Shown here piece by piece: positions 7,562 through 15,876 of a DNA stretch of 33,084 bases (position 1 is the first letter of the stretch; the number at the start of each line of letters is the position of its first letter). Below the pieces are notes generated by a model. The model was given only the letters and a program-made list of their open reading frames with translations. It made no database searches and had not been told where the DNA came from. The position numbers and the translations under genes are program-made. Source of the DNA: Desulfatiglandales bacterium (GTDB taxonomy: Bacteria > Desulfobacterota > DSM-4660 > Desulfatiglandales > HGW-15); assembly GCA_046481735.1 (NCBI GenBank), contig JAWOJI010000077.1, positions 1 to 33,084 on the forward strand, read 5' to 3'.

Positions 7562-7596
7562 AAAATACGGGGCGCTGAGTCCTCACTCGGCGCCCC
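7562..7596 (-). terminator. Intrinsic terminator after tRNA-Leu
   Basis: A 12-bp stem GGGGCGCCGAGT/ACTCAGCGCCCC (one G-U pair) with a 4-nt loop is followed on the minus strand by GTATTTTCT. Confidence 0.6.
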
Positions 7597-7614
7597 GGCC
7601 TCATAGAAATCTCC

Positions 7615-7701
7615 TGGTGCGGAAGGCGGGACTTGAACCCGCACGGGTTTTGCCCACCACCCCCTCAAGATGGCGTGTCTACCAATTTCCACCACTTCCG
7701 C
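7615..7701 (-). tRNA. tRNA-Leu (anticodon GAG), type II long variable arm, CCA encoded
   Basis: 87 nt. Acceptor GCGGAAG/CTTCCGC, anticodon loop TTGAGGG, T arm GCGGG-TTCAAGT-CCCGC, discriminator A. It aligns closely by eye to E. coli leuU. Confidence 0.93.
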
Positions 7702-7706
7702 ACGAA

Positions 7707-8063
7707 CTATTCTCTTGCCGTGTCAGCAGGAGCCGGCGATCCGACAGGGGGCGCTGCGGGATAAGCCCCTTCAGTTTGCTGGGTCGCGGGCGCTTCCATG
7801 GGCGTTGACACGCCTCTCATCACCGATGTCGATGCTCCTCTCCCAAAAAGAAGAGCCAGAGTCAGGGAGGTGAGCATAAAAACGACCGCAGCAGCCACAG
7901 TGACCTTTTGCAGAAAAGAGCTCGCACCGGCGCTTCCAAAAACGGTCTGACTGGATCCTCCGAAGGCGGCTCCCATGCTCGCCCCTTTTCCCTTCTGGAG
8001 GAGCACAATCATAATGAGAGCGATGCAGACTGCAAGGTGGATAAAGACGATAATGAGTCTCAT
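7707..8063 (-). CDS. secG: Preprotein translocase subunit SecG
   Basis: 118 aa with the signature LLQKGKGASMGAAFGGSSQTVFG between two hydrophobic helices. Confidence 0.9.
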   Translation of the reverse strand: MRLIIVFIHLAVCIALIMIVLLQKGKGASMGAAFGGSSQTVFGSAGASSFLQKVTVAAAVVFMLTSLTLALLFGRGASTSVMRGVSTPMEAPATQQTEGAYPAAPPVGSPAPADTARE

Positions 8064-8101
8064 GAAAGTCTACCTGCTTATTGGGAAAAAATAAAAAAAG
8101 A

Positions 8102-8129
8102 ATTTTAGCAAAAAAAGTCAGGAATGCAA
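8102..8129 (-). promoter_or_regulatory. Candidate internal sigma70 promoter for secG-tRNA-Leu
   Basis: On the minus strand: TTGCAT, a 16-nt spacer, then TAAAAT. It starts directly after the tpiA stop, in a T-rich 66-nt spacer. Confidence 0.5.
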
Positions 8130-8897
8130 CTAAAATTCAAATCGGATAATGGGAATAAAAGAACCGGCCTTTAAACTGGCGCCGCCCACAAGGGCTCCGT
8201 CCACATCCGGCATGGCCATAATCTCTTTGACATTGTCCGGTTTCACGCTCCCGCCGTAAAGGATCCTGACAGTTTCTGCGGTCTTGGCGTCAAACTGTCC
8301 GGCCAGCCATTTCCGGATTTGACCATGCACTTCCTGGGCTTGTTCCGGTGTGGCGGTTTTGCCCGTGCCGATGGCCCAAACCGGTTCATAGGCGAGGAGC
8401 AATGCCGGAGGCAACCTTTTCCGTTCTCTGAAGCTTCTCAAGGATCCCCGGAGCTGGGATTCGATAATTTCTCTCGTCCGGTGCCGCTCCCTCTCTTCCA
8501 GAGTCTCACCGATGCATACAATGGGAGCCAACCCAAACCTGGAGGCCGAGTCTGCCTTGCGGTCGATGATTTCATCCGTTTCACCGAAAAGACTTCTCCT
8601 CTCCGAATGGCCCAGGATGACATGGGAGCATCCCGCTTCAACCAGCATGGGCGGGGACACCTCGCCCGTAAAAGCCCCGTGAGGCTCCCAGTGCGCATTT
8701 TGAGCGCCCAAAAGGATTGGGGCGCCTCCGATTGCCTCTCGCAAGGTCGCAATGGATGTGAAGGGAGGAGCGAGCAGAACATCCACCCGGTCCGGATCCG
8801 GAGCCTGCCGGGCAATGGCCTTGGCAAGTTCCGTGGATTCCTCACGGTTGAGATTCATCTTCCAGTTCCCGGCCATAAAGGGTTTTCTTTGATTCAT
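8130..8897 (-). CDS. tpiA: Triosephosphate isomerase
   Basis: Motifs FMAGNWKMN, ILGHSERR, AYEPVWAIGTG and YGGSV are present. The ATG at 8897 shares one base with the rimI stop (TGATG); the track start at 8900 is TTG. Confidence 0.95.
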   Translation of the reverse strand: MNQRKPFMAGNWKMNLNREESTELAKAIARQAPDPDRVDVLLAPPFTSIATLREAIGGAPILLGAQNAHWEPHGAFTGEVSPPMLVEAGCSHVILGHSERRSLFGETDEIIDRKADSASRFGLAPIVCIGETLEERERHRTREIIESQLRGSLRSFRERKRLPPALLLAYEPVWAIGTGKTATPEQAQEVHGQIRKWLAGQFDAKTAETVRILYGGSVKPDNVKEIMAMPDVDGALVGGASLKAGSFIPIIRFEF

Positions 8898-9391
8898 CAA
8901 CAGCCTCCATAGGCGTGGTCTTTAGAGGGTGACAAAGCGCCTGGAACAGCCAGACGCATAACGAGCGCATCTTCCTGCGTGTCATCGTAATATTTGGATC
9001 TCACCCCCACTTGTTCAAACCCGAACTTCTCATAGAGTGCGAGGGCGCCTGCATTCGAAACCTTCACTTCGAGCCATATGGATTCAAGCTGTTTTGAAAC
9101 GGCCTCCTCGATCATATGGCCCAGCAGGAGCCGTCCTATCCCCTTGTGCCTCCATCCCGGGTGAACGGCAAGATCGAGAAGATGGATCTCAAAGTCCAAG
9201 ACCCAGTAACACACAAAACCTCGGGTCTCCCAGGCGGTCACGGCAGCCCAGAGGGAAGCCAAAGGGTTGCATATTTCCTGGGCAAATCCAGCGGCAGACC
9301 AAGGCTTCGAGAAGGACAGAGTCTCAACTTCCAAAATCCTTTCCAAGTGGTCACGATAATTTTCCTCTGTGATTTTGAAAAGGGAAATCAT
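8897..9391 (-). CDS. rimI: GNAT N-acetyltransferase, ribosomal-protein-alanine acetyltransferase type
   Basis: 164 aa with a GNAT core (LAVHPGWRHKGIGRLLLGHMIEEA ... ALYEKFGF). Size and pattern fit RimI. ATGA overlap with the upstream EIIA gene. Confidence 0.7.
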   Translation of the reverse strand: MISLFKITEENYRDHLERILEVETLSFSKPWSAAGFAQEICNPLASLWAAVTAWETRGFVCYWVLDFEIHLLDLAVHPGWRHKGIGRLLLGHMIEEAVSKQLESIWLEVKVSNAGALALYEKFGFEQVGVRSKYYDDTQEDALVMRLAVPGALSPSKDHAYGGC

Positions 9392-9789
9392 GTGGATTCC
9401 AGAAGCTTACTTGCCAGGGAGATCCCTGATTTCGCAGCTTCCAAGGCCTTTTCCGCGAGGACGCTCAGTTTATGGCTGGAGCGATTCTGAATAATGGAGA
9501 TGATCATGGGAAGATTCACCCCGGTAAGAACCTCGATCTTCCCTTCCTTCAGAAAGGAGAGACTCAGATTGGAAGGAGTGCCTCCAAACATGTCCGTGAG
9601 AATCATGACCCCATCACCCGTGTCAACAGCGTTGACCTTTGCCTTGATGGCCCGGATCAGTTTTTCGGTTCCGGAGGTTTCCGTGATGGCCATGGCGTCG
9701 GCCCCGTCGATCTTACCGACGATGAACTCGGCTGCGTTGAGCAGCTCTTTTCCCAGGTCGCAATGCGACACAATCAATAGGCCTATCAT
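9388..9789 (-). CDS. PTS EIIA component, mannose/fructose family
   Basis: N-terminus MIGLLIVSHCDLG carries the phosphorylatable His; DMFGGTPSN is also present. The ATG at 9789 forms a TGATG junction with the ptsN stop. Confidence 0.8.
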   Translation of the reverse strand: MIGLLIVSHCDLGKELLNAAEFIVGKIDGADAMAITETSGTEKLIRAIKAKVNAVDTGDGVMILTDMFGGTPSNLSLSFLKEGKIEVLTGVNLPMIISIIQNRSSHKLSVLAEKALEAAKSGISLASKLLEST

Positions 9790-10250
9790 CAAAATTCCTC
9801 ATCGTTCTGGATGATCTTTCGGTAAATGTCCTCTCTTCCAGGCATCTCCATCAGTTCTTTTCTGAAATTGCTGTTTTTCAAAATCTTGGCGATCCGGGCA
9901 AGGGCCTGCAAATGGATGCTGGCGGAGTTCTCGGGCGCGACCAAAAGAAAGAAAAGGTGGGCCGGCTCTCCATCCATGGATTCAAAATCAAGGCCTCTGC
10001 GACTTCTTCCGAATGCGATACGGGGCCGGTCGACCCCGGGAGATTTCCCGTGAGGAATGGCCACCCCGTCACCGATCCCGGTGCTTCCGAGACGCTCTCT
10101 TTCAAGCAGGACATGAACCAGTGCATTCTTGTCAAGGTGCGGCTCGAGGTTCACCAGCGCGTCGACCAGTTCCTCCAACACCCCCTTCTTGTCCTTGGCC
10201 TTCAGGTCAGGGATAATATTGTCTTCTTGAAAAAGTTCGGACAGCTTCAT
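9789..10250 (-). CDS. ptsN: Nitrogen-regulatory PTS EIIA-Ntr
   Basis: The start is set at MKLSELF (ATG 10250). Motifs LLERERLGSTGIGDGVAIPHGK and HLFFLLVAP are present. It occupies the canonical position after rpoN-hpf. Confidence 0.85.
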   Translation of the reverse strand: MKLSELFQEDNIIPDLKAKDKKGVLEELVDALVNLEPHLDKNALVHVLLERERLGSTGIGDGVAIPHGKSPGVDRPRIAFGRSRRGLDFESMDGEPAHLFFLLVAPENSASIHLQALARIAKILKNSNFRKELMEMPGREDIYRKIIQNDEEF

Positions 10251-10284
10251 TGTCTGTAAGAGACCGCGTTCGAGTGTCGGGAGA

Positions 10285-10824
10285 TCAGCTTGCCGGCTCA
10301 ATGAGTCCGATATCTCCGTCTTTTCGCTTGTAAATGACATTGGTTTCTCTGGTGCGCGCATTCCTGAAAACTAGAAAATCCTGTCTGGATGCAGATAGTT
10401 GCATAGCTGCTTCCTCCGGATCCATGGGTTTCGCCACCAGCTTTTCAACATGGATCGTGGGTTCGTCGACCGGACCTTCCACGGCCTCCATCAACGCCTC
10501 ACTGCCCAGGGCCTCCTCGCCTTTGATACTCTCCGACCTTCGATTCTTAACCTTTGCCCTGAGCTTCTTCACCTGAATTTCGATCTTGTCCATCACCTGA
10601 TCAATGGCGGAATACATGTCCTCGGTTTCTTCTACCGCTTTTATCCTTGAGCCGTCAACATTCACAGTGACATCAGCAATATGCCTGAATTTCTCCACTT
10701 CTAGAACCACATGGGCTTCCAGGGGGGCGTCCAAATATTTCTTGAGCTTGGAGAGCTTCTCCTCCGCATAGGTTTTGAGACTCTCCGCAGCCTCCATTCT
10801 ACGAAATGTGACTATGATCATCAT
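10285..10824 (-). CDS. hpf: Ribosome hibernation promoting factor, long form (sigma-54 modulation protein)
   Basis: The start is set at ATGATG (MMIIVTFRRMEA) with GGAGGT upstream; the track ORF reads through into rpoN. 179 aa with a C-terminal dimerisation-domain pattern (FLVFRN..T....VIYKRKDG..GLIEP). Confidence 0.9.
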   Translation of the reverse strand: MMIIVTFRRMEAAESLKTYAEEKLSKLKKYLDAPLEAHVVLEVEKFRHIADVTVNVDGSRIKAVEETEDMYSAIDQVMDKIEIQVKKLRAKVKNRRSESIKGEEALGSEALMEAVEGPVDEPTIHVEKLVAKPMDPEEAAMQLSASRQDFLVFRNARTRETNVIYKRKDGDIGLIEPAS

Positions 10825-10885
10825 GGCGATTACCTCCAAAAAAAATGATTGGGCAGCAAGAAATTGAAAAGTCAACTCGTCAAAA

Positions 10886-12313
10886 TCAATAAGGATTTCT
10901 TCGTCTCCTGGAAGGAAGAATCCCCAAGGCCTCCCTGTACTTTGCCACGGTTCGCCTGGCCACATCGATATTCTGTTTCTTGAGCATTTCAGCGATTTCC
11001 TGGTCGCTGAAGGGTCTTGCTCGTTTTTCAACTTTTACGATGTTCTTGATGAGATCCTTGACCGTTTCCGAAGAAACGGAATCACCGCCAAAGCATTGTA
11101 TGGCACTGTTAAAAAAATACTTGAGTTCAAAGACGCCCTGGGGGGTGTGAACGTACTTGTTGGTCGTAACCCTGCTTATCGTTGATTCGTGCATCTGAAT
11201 GTCTTCGGCCACATCACGAAGAACAAGGGGTTTCAGATGGGCGATGCCTTTGTCCAAGAAATCTCTCTGAAATTTGATGATGCTTGTGGTTACCCGGTAA
11301 ATGGTCCTTTGGCGCTGGTGAATACTCTTGATAAGCCATGCCGCCGACTTGAGTTTGTCCTGAATGTACTGCTTGGTTCCGTCTTGTGCGGCCTCCCGGC
11401 TGTTCAGGATGTCCCTGTAGTAGGCATTGATCCTCAGTTTGGGTAGGCCATCCTCATTCAGCGCAATCTCATAGTCATCTCCAACCTTGAAGACGTAAAT
11501 GTCCGGGCTGATGTAGACGGTCTCCTCATCGTTGTACTTGCGCCCGGGTTTAGGCTCAAAAGCAGTGATGATGTCCATGGCATTGATGACGTCCTCAAGG
11601 GGGACGCAGGCACTCTTGGCGATGAGGTCGTATCGCCTGTTTTCGAGTTTGTCCATGTGATCCAGGATAATCTTCTCGACAAGGGTTCCCCCATAATCTT
11701 GAAATCTTGTCTGAATCAACAGACACTCCTGCGTGTCTCTGGCCGCGACACCCACGGGGTCGAAATTCTGGATCAGGGACAGTGTTTCCAGGATCTCACC
11801 CTCGGTTCGGCCGGTCATCTGGCAAATTTCCTCGGGGGTCATTTTCAGGTAGCCGTCGTCGTCCAGGTTGCCGATGATATGAACGCCGATCTCTTTCTGA
11901 AGTTCGTCGGCCCTGCTCATGTGCAGTTGCCAAAGGAGATGGGAATGAAGGCTTGTTTTGCTCGATGTGACAGACTCGAAAGAGGGGGTATCCTTTGGCT
12001 CATAAGGGGACTCTGCCCAACCCTTGTTGTACTCTGAAAGATAATGCTCCCAGTCGAGGTCTTCCCTCATTTTTTCATTAGCATCGATTTCGGCGAGCGT
12101 GGGTTCAGGGGGATTGTCCGCCTCAAAGTTCCTCTCGTCCTCGCCGCCTTCGGCAGCGGACTCCTCAAGAACGGGGTTGGTTTCAAGCTCCGTGTGCACT
12201 GTGTCCAGGAGTTCGAGCCTTGAGAGCTGCAGCAGCTTGATTGCCTGCTGAAGCTGCGGCGTCATGATGAGTTGCTGCGCCAAGGCAAGTGATTGTTTTA
12301 ATTGCAAAGCCAT
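10886..12313 (-). CDS. rpoN: RNA polymerase sigma-54 factor
   Basis: 475 aa. N-terminus LKQSLALAQQLIMTPQLQQAIKLLQ, and a C-terminal RpoN box ARRTVAKYRE. Confidence 0.97.
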   Translation of the reverse strand: MALQLKQSLALAQQLIMTPQLQQAIKLLQLSRLELLDTVHTELETNPVLEESAAEGGEDERNFEADNPPEPTLAEIDANEKMREDLDWEHYLSEYNKGWAESPYEPKDTPSFESVTSSKTSLHSHLLWQLHMSRADELQKEIGVHIIGNLDDDGYLKMTPEEICQMTGRTEGEILETLSLIQNFDPVGVAARDTQECLLIQTRFQDYGGTLVEKIILDHMDKLENRRYDLIAKSACVPLEDVINAMDIITAFEPKPGRKYNDEETVYISPDIYVFKVGDDYEIALNEDGLPKLRINAYYRDILNSREAAQDGTKQYIQDKLKSAAWLIKSIHQRQRTIYRVTTSIIKFQRDFLDKGIAHLKPLVLRDVAEDIQMHESTISRVTTNKYVHTPQGVFELKYFFNSAIQCFGGDSVSSETVKDLIKNIVKVEKRARPFSDQEIAEMLKKQNIDVARRTVAKYREALGILPSRRRRNPY

Positions 12314-12345
12314 AAGTCAGAAGCCCCAAGAATCTTTCATAGGAT

Positions 12346-13080
12346 CTACAAAGTGAACTCATCCCCCAGATAGCAACTCCGCGCGATTTTGCTCTGGAGG
12401 ATCTTTTCCGGGCTGCCGTACTCCACGATCCGCCCTTGGTTGATAATATAGGCTGAATCGCACACTTTCAACGTTTCTCTCACGTTATGGTCCGATATGA
12501 CGATACCGATGCCTTGATCTTTCAACTGGGTAATGATCTGGTTGATGTCGTTCAAAGCGAGCGGGTCGATTCCTGCAAAAGGCTCATCAAGCAGCATGAA
12601 TCTGGGCTCCGTCACGAGGGCGCGAGTGATTTCCAGTCTTCGCCTTTCTCCGCCGGAGAGTGAAGAGGCCGGTTGCTTTGCGAGATGGGAAATATTGAGC
12701 TCTGCGAGAAGGCGTTCCAACCTTTCTTTCCTTTGATCCGGATGAAGTTTCAGGCTTTCAAGAACAGCGAGAAGGTTTTCCTCGACTGTGAGTTTGCGAA
12801 ATACCGACGGCTCTTGGCAGAGATAGGTAATTCCTTTTCTGGCCCTCAGATACATGGGATCGTCCGTAATATCCTGACCGTCAAGATGGATTCTTCCTTC
12901 ATTCGGTCGTGCAAGGCCGATTACCATGTAAAACGTGGTGGTTTTTCCTGCCCCGTTGGGACCCAGAAGCCCAACGATCTCGTTCCTCTTAAGGACAAGG
13001 TCAACACCGTCAACCACCCTCCTGCCGCGGTAGACTTTGGCCAAACCTTGTGCCTCCAATGTTTCACGGTTCACCGTCAC
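12346..13080 (-). CDS. lptB: LPS export ABC transporter ATP-binding protein
   Basis: Walker A GPNGAGKTT, signature LSGGERRR, Walker B MLLDEP. The start is set at GTG 13080, 7 nt after the lptA stop, with AAGGTGA upstream; the longer track ORF overlaps lptA. Confidence 0.92.
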   Translation of the reverse strand: MTVNRETLEAQGLAKVYRGRRVVDGVDLVLKRNEIVGLLGPNGAGKTTTFYMVIGLARPNEGRIHLDGQDITDDPMYLRARKGITYLCQEPSVFRKLTVEENLLAVLESLKLHPDQRKERLERLLAELNISHLAKQPASSLSGGERRRLEITRALVTEPRFMLLDEPFAGIDPLALNDINQIITQLKDQGIGIVISDHNVRETLKVCDSAYIINQGRIVEYGSPEKILQSKIARSCYLGDEFTL

Positions 13081-13087
13081 CTGGGAA

Positions 13088-13630
13088 TCACCTTTTTTCC
13101 GATCGGGGCATAATGACGGCCCTGACTTTCTCCTGTTCCGAACCTTCAACGACACTGCGATTGTCTTTCAAAAACAGAGTAATCCTGGAGCCTTCCACCA
13201 AATCCTCTCCCTGCTTGACCACCGGTCGCCCCGTAAGAACGATCCTTTCATCCGAATGGTAATAAACCGCCTCCTGGGCCAAGGCTTCTCCTCCCGCCGA
13301 TCGCAAAATTTGAACATTCCCGCTTGCGGTGATCCTGTCCACCCTGACATTCTCCGCTTCGGTCGTCGGTTTCTCAGTCCCTTCCTCGTAAAAGAGGACC
13401 ATTCTGTCGCTGTGAATCAGCCAGTCGTCCTTCTTTGCAGCGACCTTTCCCGTGAAGGTCACGGTTTTTTTCTCATTGTCGATTTCAAGGGTGTTGGAGG
13501 TAATGACCAATGGACCTTCCTCAGCCCCTTGATTCCTCACGAGCTTGGAGTCTGCTGAGAACGCAGCCCCGCCTAAGAAATGGAGGAAGCTTAAAGCTAG
13601 TAGAGACAAAGCTCTCAGGGTACGAGCCAT
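13088..13630 (-). CDS. lptA: Periplasmic LPS transport protein LptA (OstA-like)
   Basis: A signal peptide (MARTLRALSLLALSFLHFLGGAAFSA) is followed by an OstA-type beta-jellyroll repeat pattern. Its position between lptC and lptB supports the call. The ATG forms a TGATG junction with the lptC stop. Confidence 0.8.
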   Translation of the reverse strand: MARTLRALSLLALSFLHFLGGAAFSADSKLVRNQGAEEGPLVITSNTLEIDNEKKTVTFTGKVAAKKDDWLIHSDRMVLFYEEGTEKPTTEAENVRVDRITASGNVQILRSAGGEALAQEAVYYHSDERIVLTGRPVVKQGEDLVEGSRITLFLKDNRSVVEGSEQEKVRAVIMPRSEKR

Positions 13631-14202
13631 CACAAAATCCAAGTTCGATTCTTGATCAAAGTTGTAACCTCAGAATGAATCCTCAGAGTCTCCCGGTTTA
13701 CGTCAAAAGACAGTCCGCGACCCTGGATGGAGAAAAACGGCCCGGTAATCAAGACCGGTTCGTGAGTCTCCAAATCGCCTCTCCTTTGATTGTAGACAGC
13801 GTACTCCGTTTCAAAGGTGTAGCCGTTCTCGGTTTTCCCCTGCAAGGCACCCCGCAAGACCAGCTCCCCGGTCTCTGTGTCATATTCTCCTCGTTGCCCG
13901 ATTAGTTCCAATCTGGATTTTCCTTGAGGGTGCACTTTCAGCCGGAAATCCCAAAAAGACATGAACCGCCTGTCTTTTGAGAAGGTTACCTCGGCTGCGT
14001 CCAAGAGCCACATTACTTTGTTTTCCGGGTCGGCATGAGAATAGTGAATGTCTTCGAGACGCATGCCCTCTGCGGGGCCGTTGTCTGAAGCGACGGGCGC
14101 CAAGGAGGTTTCCTTTTGGGAGAGAAGGATGTGAATGCCCACAAGAAGGACCAGCCCACCTATCCCAACCAGCGGCCAGGTTTTTTTAAGAAGTTTTCGC
14201 AT
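13630..14202 (-). CDS. lptC: LPS export protein LptC
   Basis: 190 aa with a single N-terminal TM anchor. The call rests mainly on the conserved kdsC-lptC-lptA-lptB order and on size. Confidence 0.7.
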   Translation of the reverse strand: MRKLLKKTWPLVGIGGLVLLVGIHILLSQKETSLAPVASDNGPAEGMRLEDIHYSHADPENKVMWLLDAAEVTFSKDRRFMSFWDFRLKVHPQGKSRLELIGQRGEYDTETGELVLRGALQGKTENGYTFETEYAVYNQRRGDLETHEPVLITGPFFSIQGRGLSFDVNRETLRIHSEVTTLIKNRTWIL

Positions 14203-14249
14203 TTTGCAATAAATATACCAAATCAGAGACCGCTGTGTAAAGCTGTATT

Positions 14250-14783
14250 TTACATCCGGCAGAAAAGGTTCCTGCCCCGTGACTCCAGAATGATTTCGCA
14301 GACCTCTCGAACGGCGCCGTAACCGCCCTTTTTCCGTGTCACGTAGTCGGCCAGCCCTTTCATCACAGGGGAGGCGTCCGACACGGCGAAGCGAATCCCT
14401 GCCTTTTCGAAAAGGGGCAGATCAGGCAGATCATCACCGACACAACACACCTGGTCTTTTTTCAGTCCCCTTTGCCGAATAATCTCGTCGCACAGGGGCC
14501 CTTTGTCTGCGACGCCTTGGTGTACCTCTTGAATCCCCAAATCCCTCGCGCGGCAGTCGACTGCTTTTGACCGGCGTCCTGAAATGAGAATCACTTCGAT
14601 GCCTTCCTCCATGAGCTTCCTGAGGCCATAGCCGTCTCTTGCATGGAAACTCTTGATCTCCTCTCCCTGCTCGGTGAGGATGATTTGTCCATTGGTCAGT
14701 ACACCATCCACATCCAGGATGAGGAGTTTAATTTCCTTGGCTTTTTCCCTCGGAATCACGGTTGGCTCCGTTCTTGCCGTCAT
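14250..14783 (-). CDS. kdsC: 3-deoxy-D-manno-octulosonate 8-phosphate phosphatase (HAD family)
   Basis: HAD motif I LLILDVDGVLT, plus GDDLPD. The start could be ATG 14783 or GTG 14792. Confidence 0.85.
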   Translation of the reverse strand: MTARTEPTVIPREKAKEIKLLILDVDGVLTNGQIILTEQGEEIKSFHARDGYGLRKLMEEGIEVILISGRRSKAVDCRARDLGIQEVHQGVADKGPLCDEIIRQRGLKKDQVCCVGDDLPDLPLFEKAGIRFAVSDASPVMKGLADYVTRKKGGYGAVREVCEIILESRGRNLFCRM

Positions 14784-14862
14784 CGCTCCCACAAAAGCAA
14801 TCTACATTCCTGAGATTTCAACTCCGGACGGTAGCCGGGAGTAGAATCGGCGTTGTTCATAC

Positions 14863-15684
14863 TCAGGGGTGCACCATCCGATGGATGTCCTTCAGAACCG
14901 TCAGGAGGGGTTTCAACCGATCCAAAGGAAGGGAATTGGGGCCGTCGCACAGGGCGGAGTCAGGGGCTGGGTGAACTTCCAAGAAAACCCCGTTACACCC
15001 GGCAGCCACAGCGGCCCTCGACAGGTCTTCCACAAATTGCCTCTGACCTCCGGAACTGCTGCCGGCAGCTCCTGGAAGTTGAACACTGTGGGTTGCATCA
15101 AAGATCACGGGAAAACCGATCGTTTTCATCATGGGAATGGCGCGCATATCGACCACAAGATTGTTGTATCCGAAAGTTGATCCTCGCTCCGTAAGGAGCA
15201 GACGTCGATTGCCACGAGAGACAACCTTGTCGGCCACGCTCCTCATGTCCATGGGAGAGAGAAACTGCCCCTTCTTGACATTTATGGGAAGACCTGTGTC
15301 TGCCGCGGCCACCAGGAGGTCCGTCTGCCTGCACAGGAAGGCCGGAACCTGGAGCACATCCAGGACTGCCGCAGCTTTCAACACTTGCTCCGGGCTGTGT
15401 ACGTCGGACAGAACAGGAAGCCCCGTTTCTTCCTTGACTTTTTGGATAATCTCAAGGCCTTTTTCAAGGCCGGGTCCTCGATAGGAGGACAGGGACGTCC
15501 GGTTGGCCTTGTCATAGGAGGTTTTGAAAAGTACGGGAATCTTGAGAACCTTTCCGATCTCTTTGAGATAATGCGCGATATCCAGGGTGAGCGATTGGTT
15601 TTCAATGACGCAAGGACCTGCAATCAGAAAGAAAGGGCCCTCTTCCCTTATCGTGAAGTTGCTGATGGTGACCGGTTGAAACAT
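14863..15684 (-). CDS. kdsA: 2-dehydro-3-deoxyphosphooctonate aldolase (KDO8P synthase)
   Basis: The start is set at MFQPV (ATG 15684). Motifs FFLIAGPCVIE, FKTSYDKANR, DVH and FDATHSVQLP are present. Confidence 0.93.
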   Translation of the reverse strand: MFQPVTISNFTIREEGPFFLIAGPCVIENQSLTLDIAHYLKEIGKVLKIPVLFKTSYDKANRTSLSSYRGPGLEKGLEIIQKVKEETGLPVLSDVHSPEQVLKAAAVLDVLQVPAFLCRQTDLLVAAADTGLPINVKKGQFLSPMDMRSVADKVVSRGNRRLLLTERGSTFGYNNLVVDMRAIPMMKTIGFPVIFDATHSVQLPGAAGSSSGGQRQFVEDLSRAAVAAGCNGVFLEVHPAPDSALCDGPNSLPLDRLKPLLTVLKDIHRMVHP

Positions 15685-15876
15685 GGTTGCTCTCTCATCT
15701 CCTGAAGGTAGGTCATTACAAAAAGTGCCGGCGGAAGTCAAGGACGGCTTCGCAGCGAGAAAACTTTTGCTTGTCACCGTCCCATGAAATCCCTATGATT
15801 TACCGCTGTGCGAAAACAACGACCCGAATGGGCATTATGGGTATCATAGCCGTAGGGGGTGGGAGGCCAAAAAGAC

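Noticed and set aside
8064-8129. An A-rich (plus strand) 66-nt spacer, considered as a possible terminator or repeat
   Set aside because: There is no stem-loop. It is better explained as a T-rich promoter region for secG on the minus strand.
10285-11031. The extended 248-aa version of the hpf ORF, and the extended versions of ptsN, kdsA, glgC, tamB and lptB
   Set aside because: The N-terminal extensions overlap the preceding gene and lack family similarity. Internal ATG or GTG codons with RBS or coupling junctions give canonical protein lengths.
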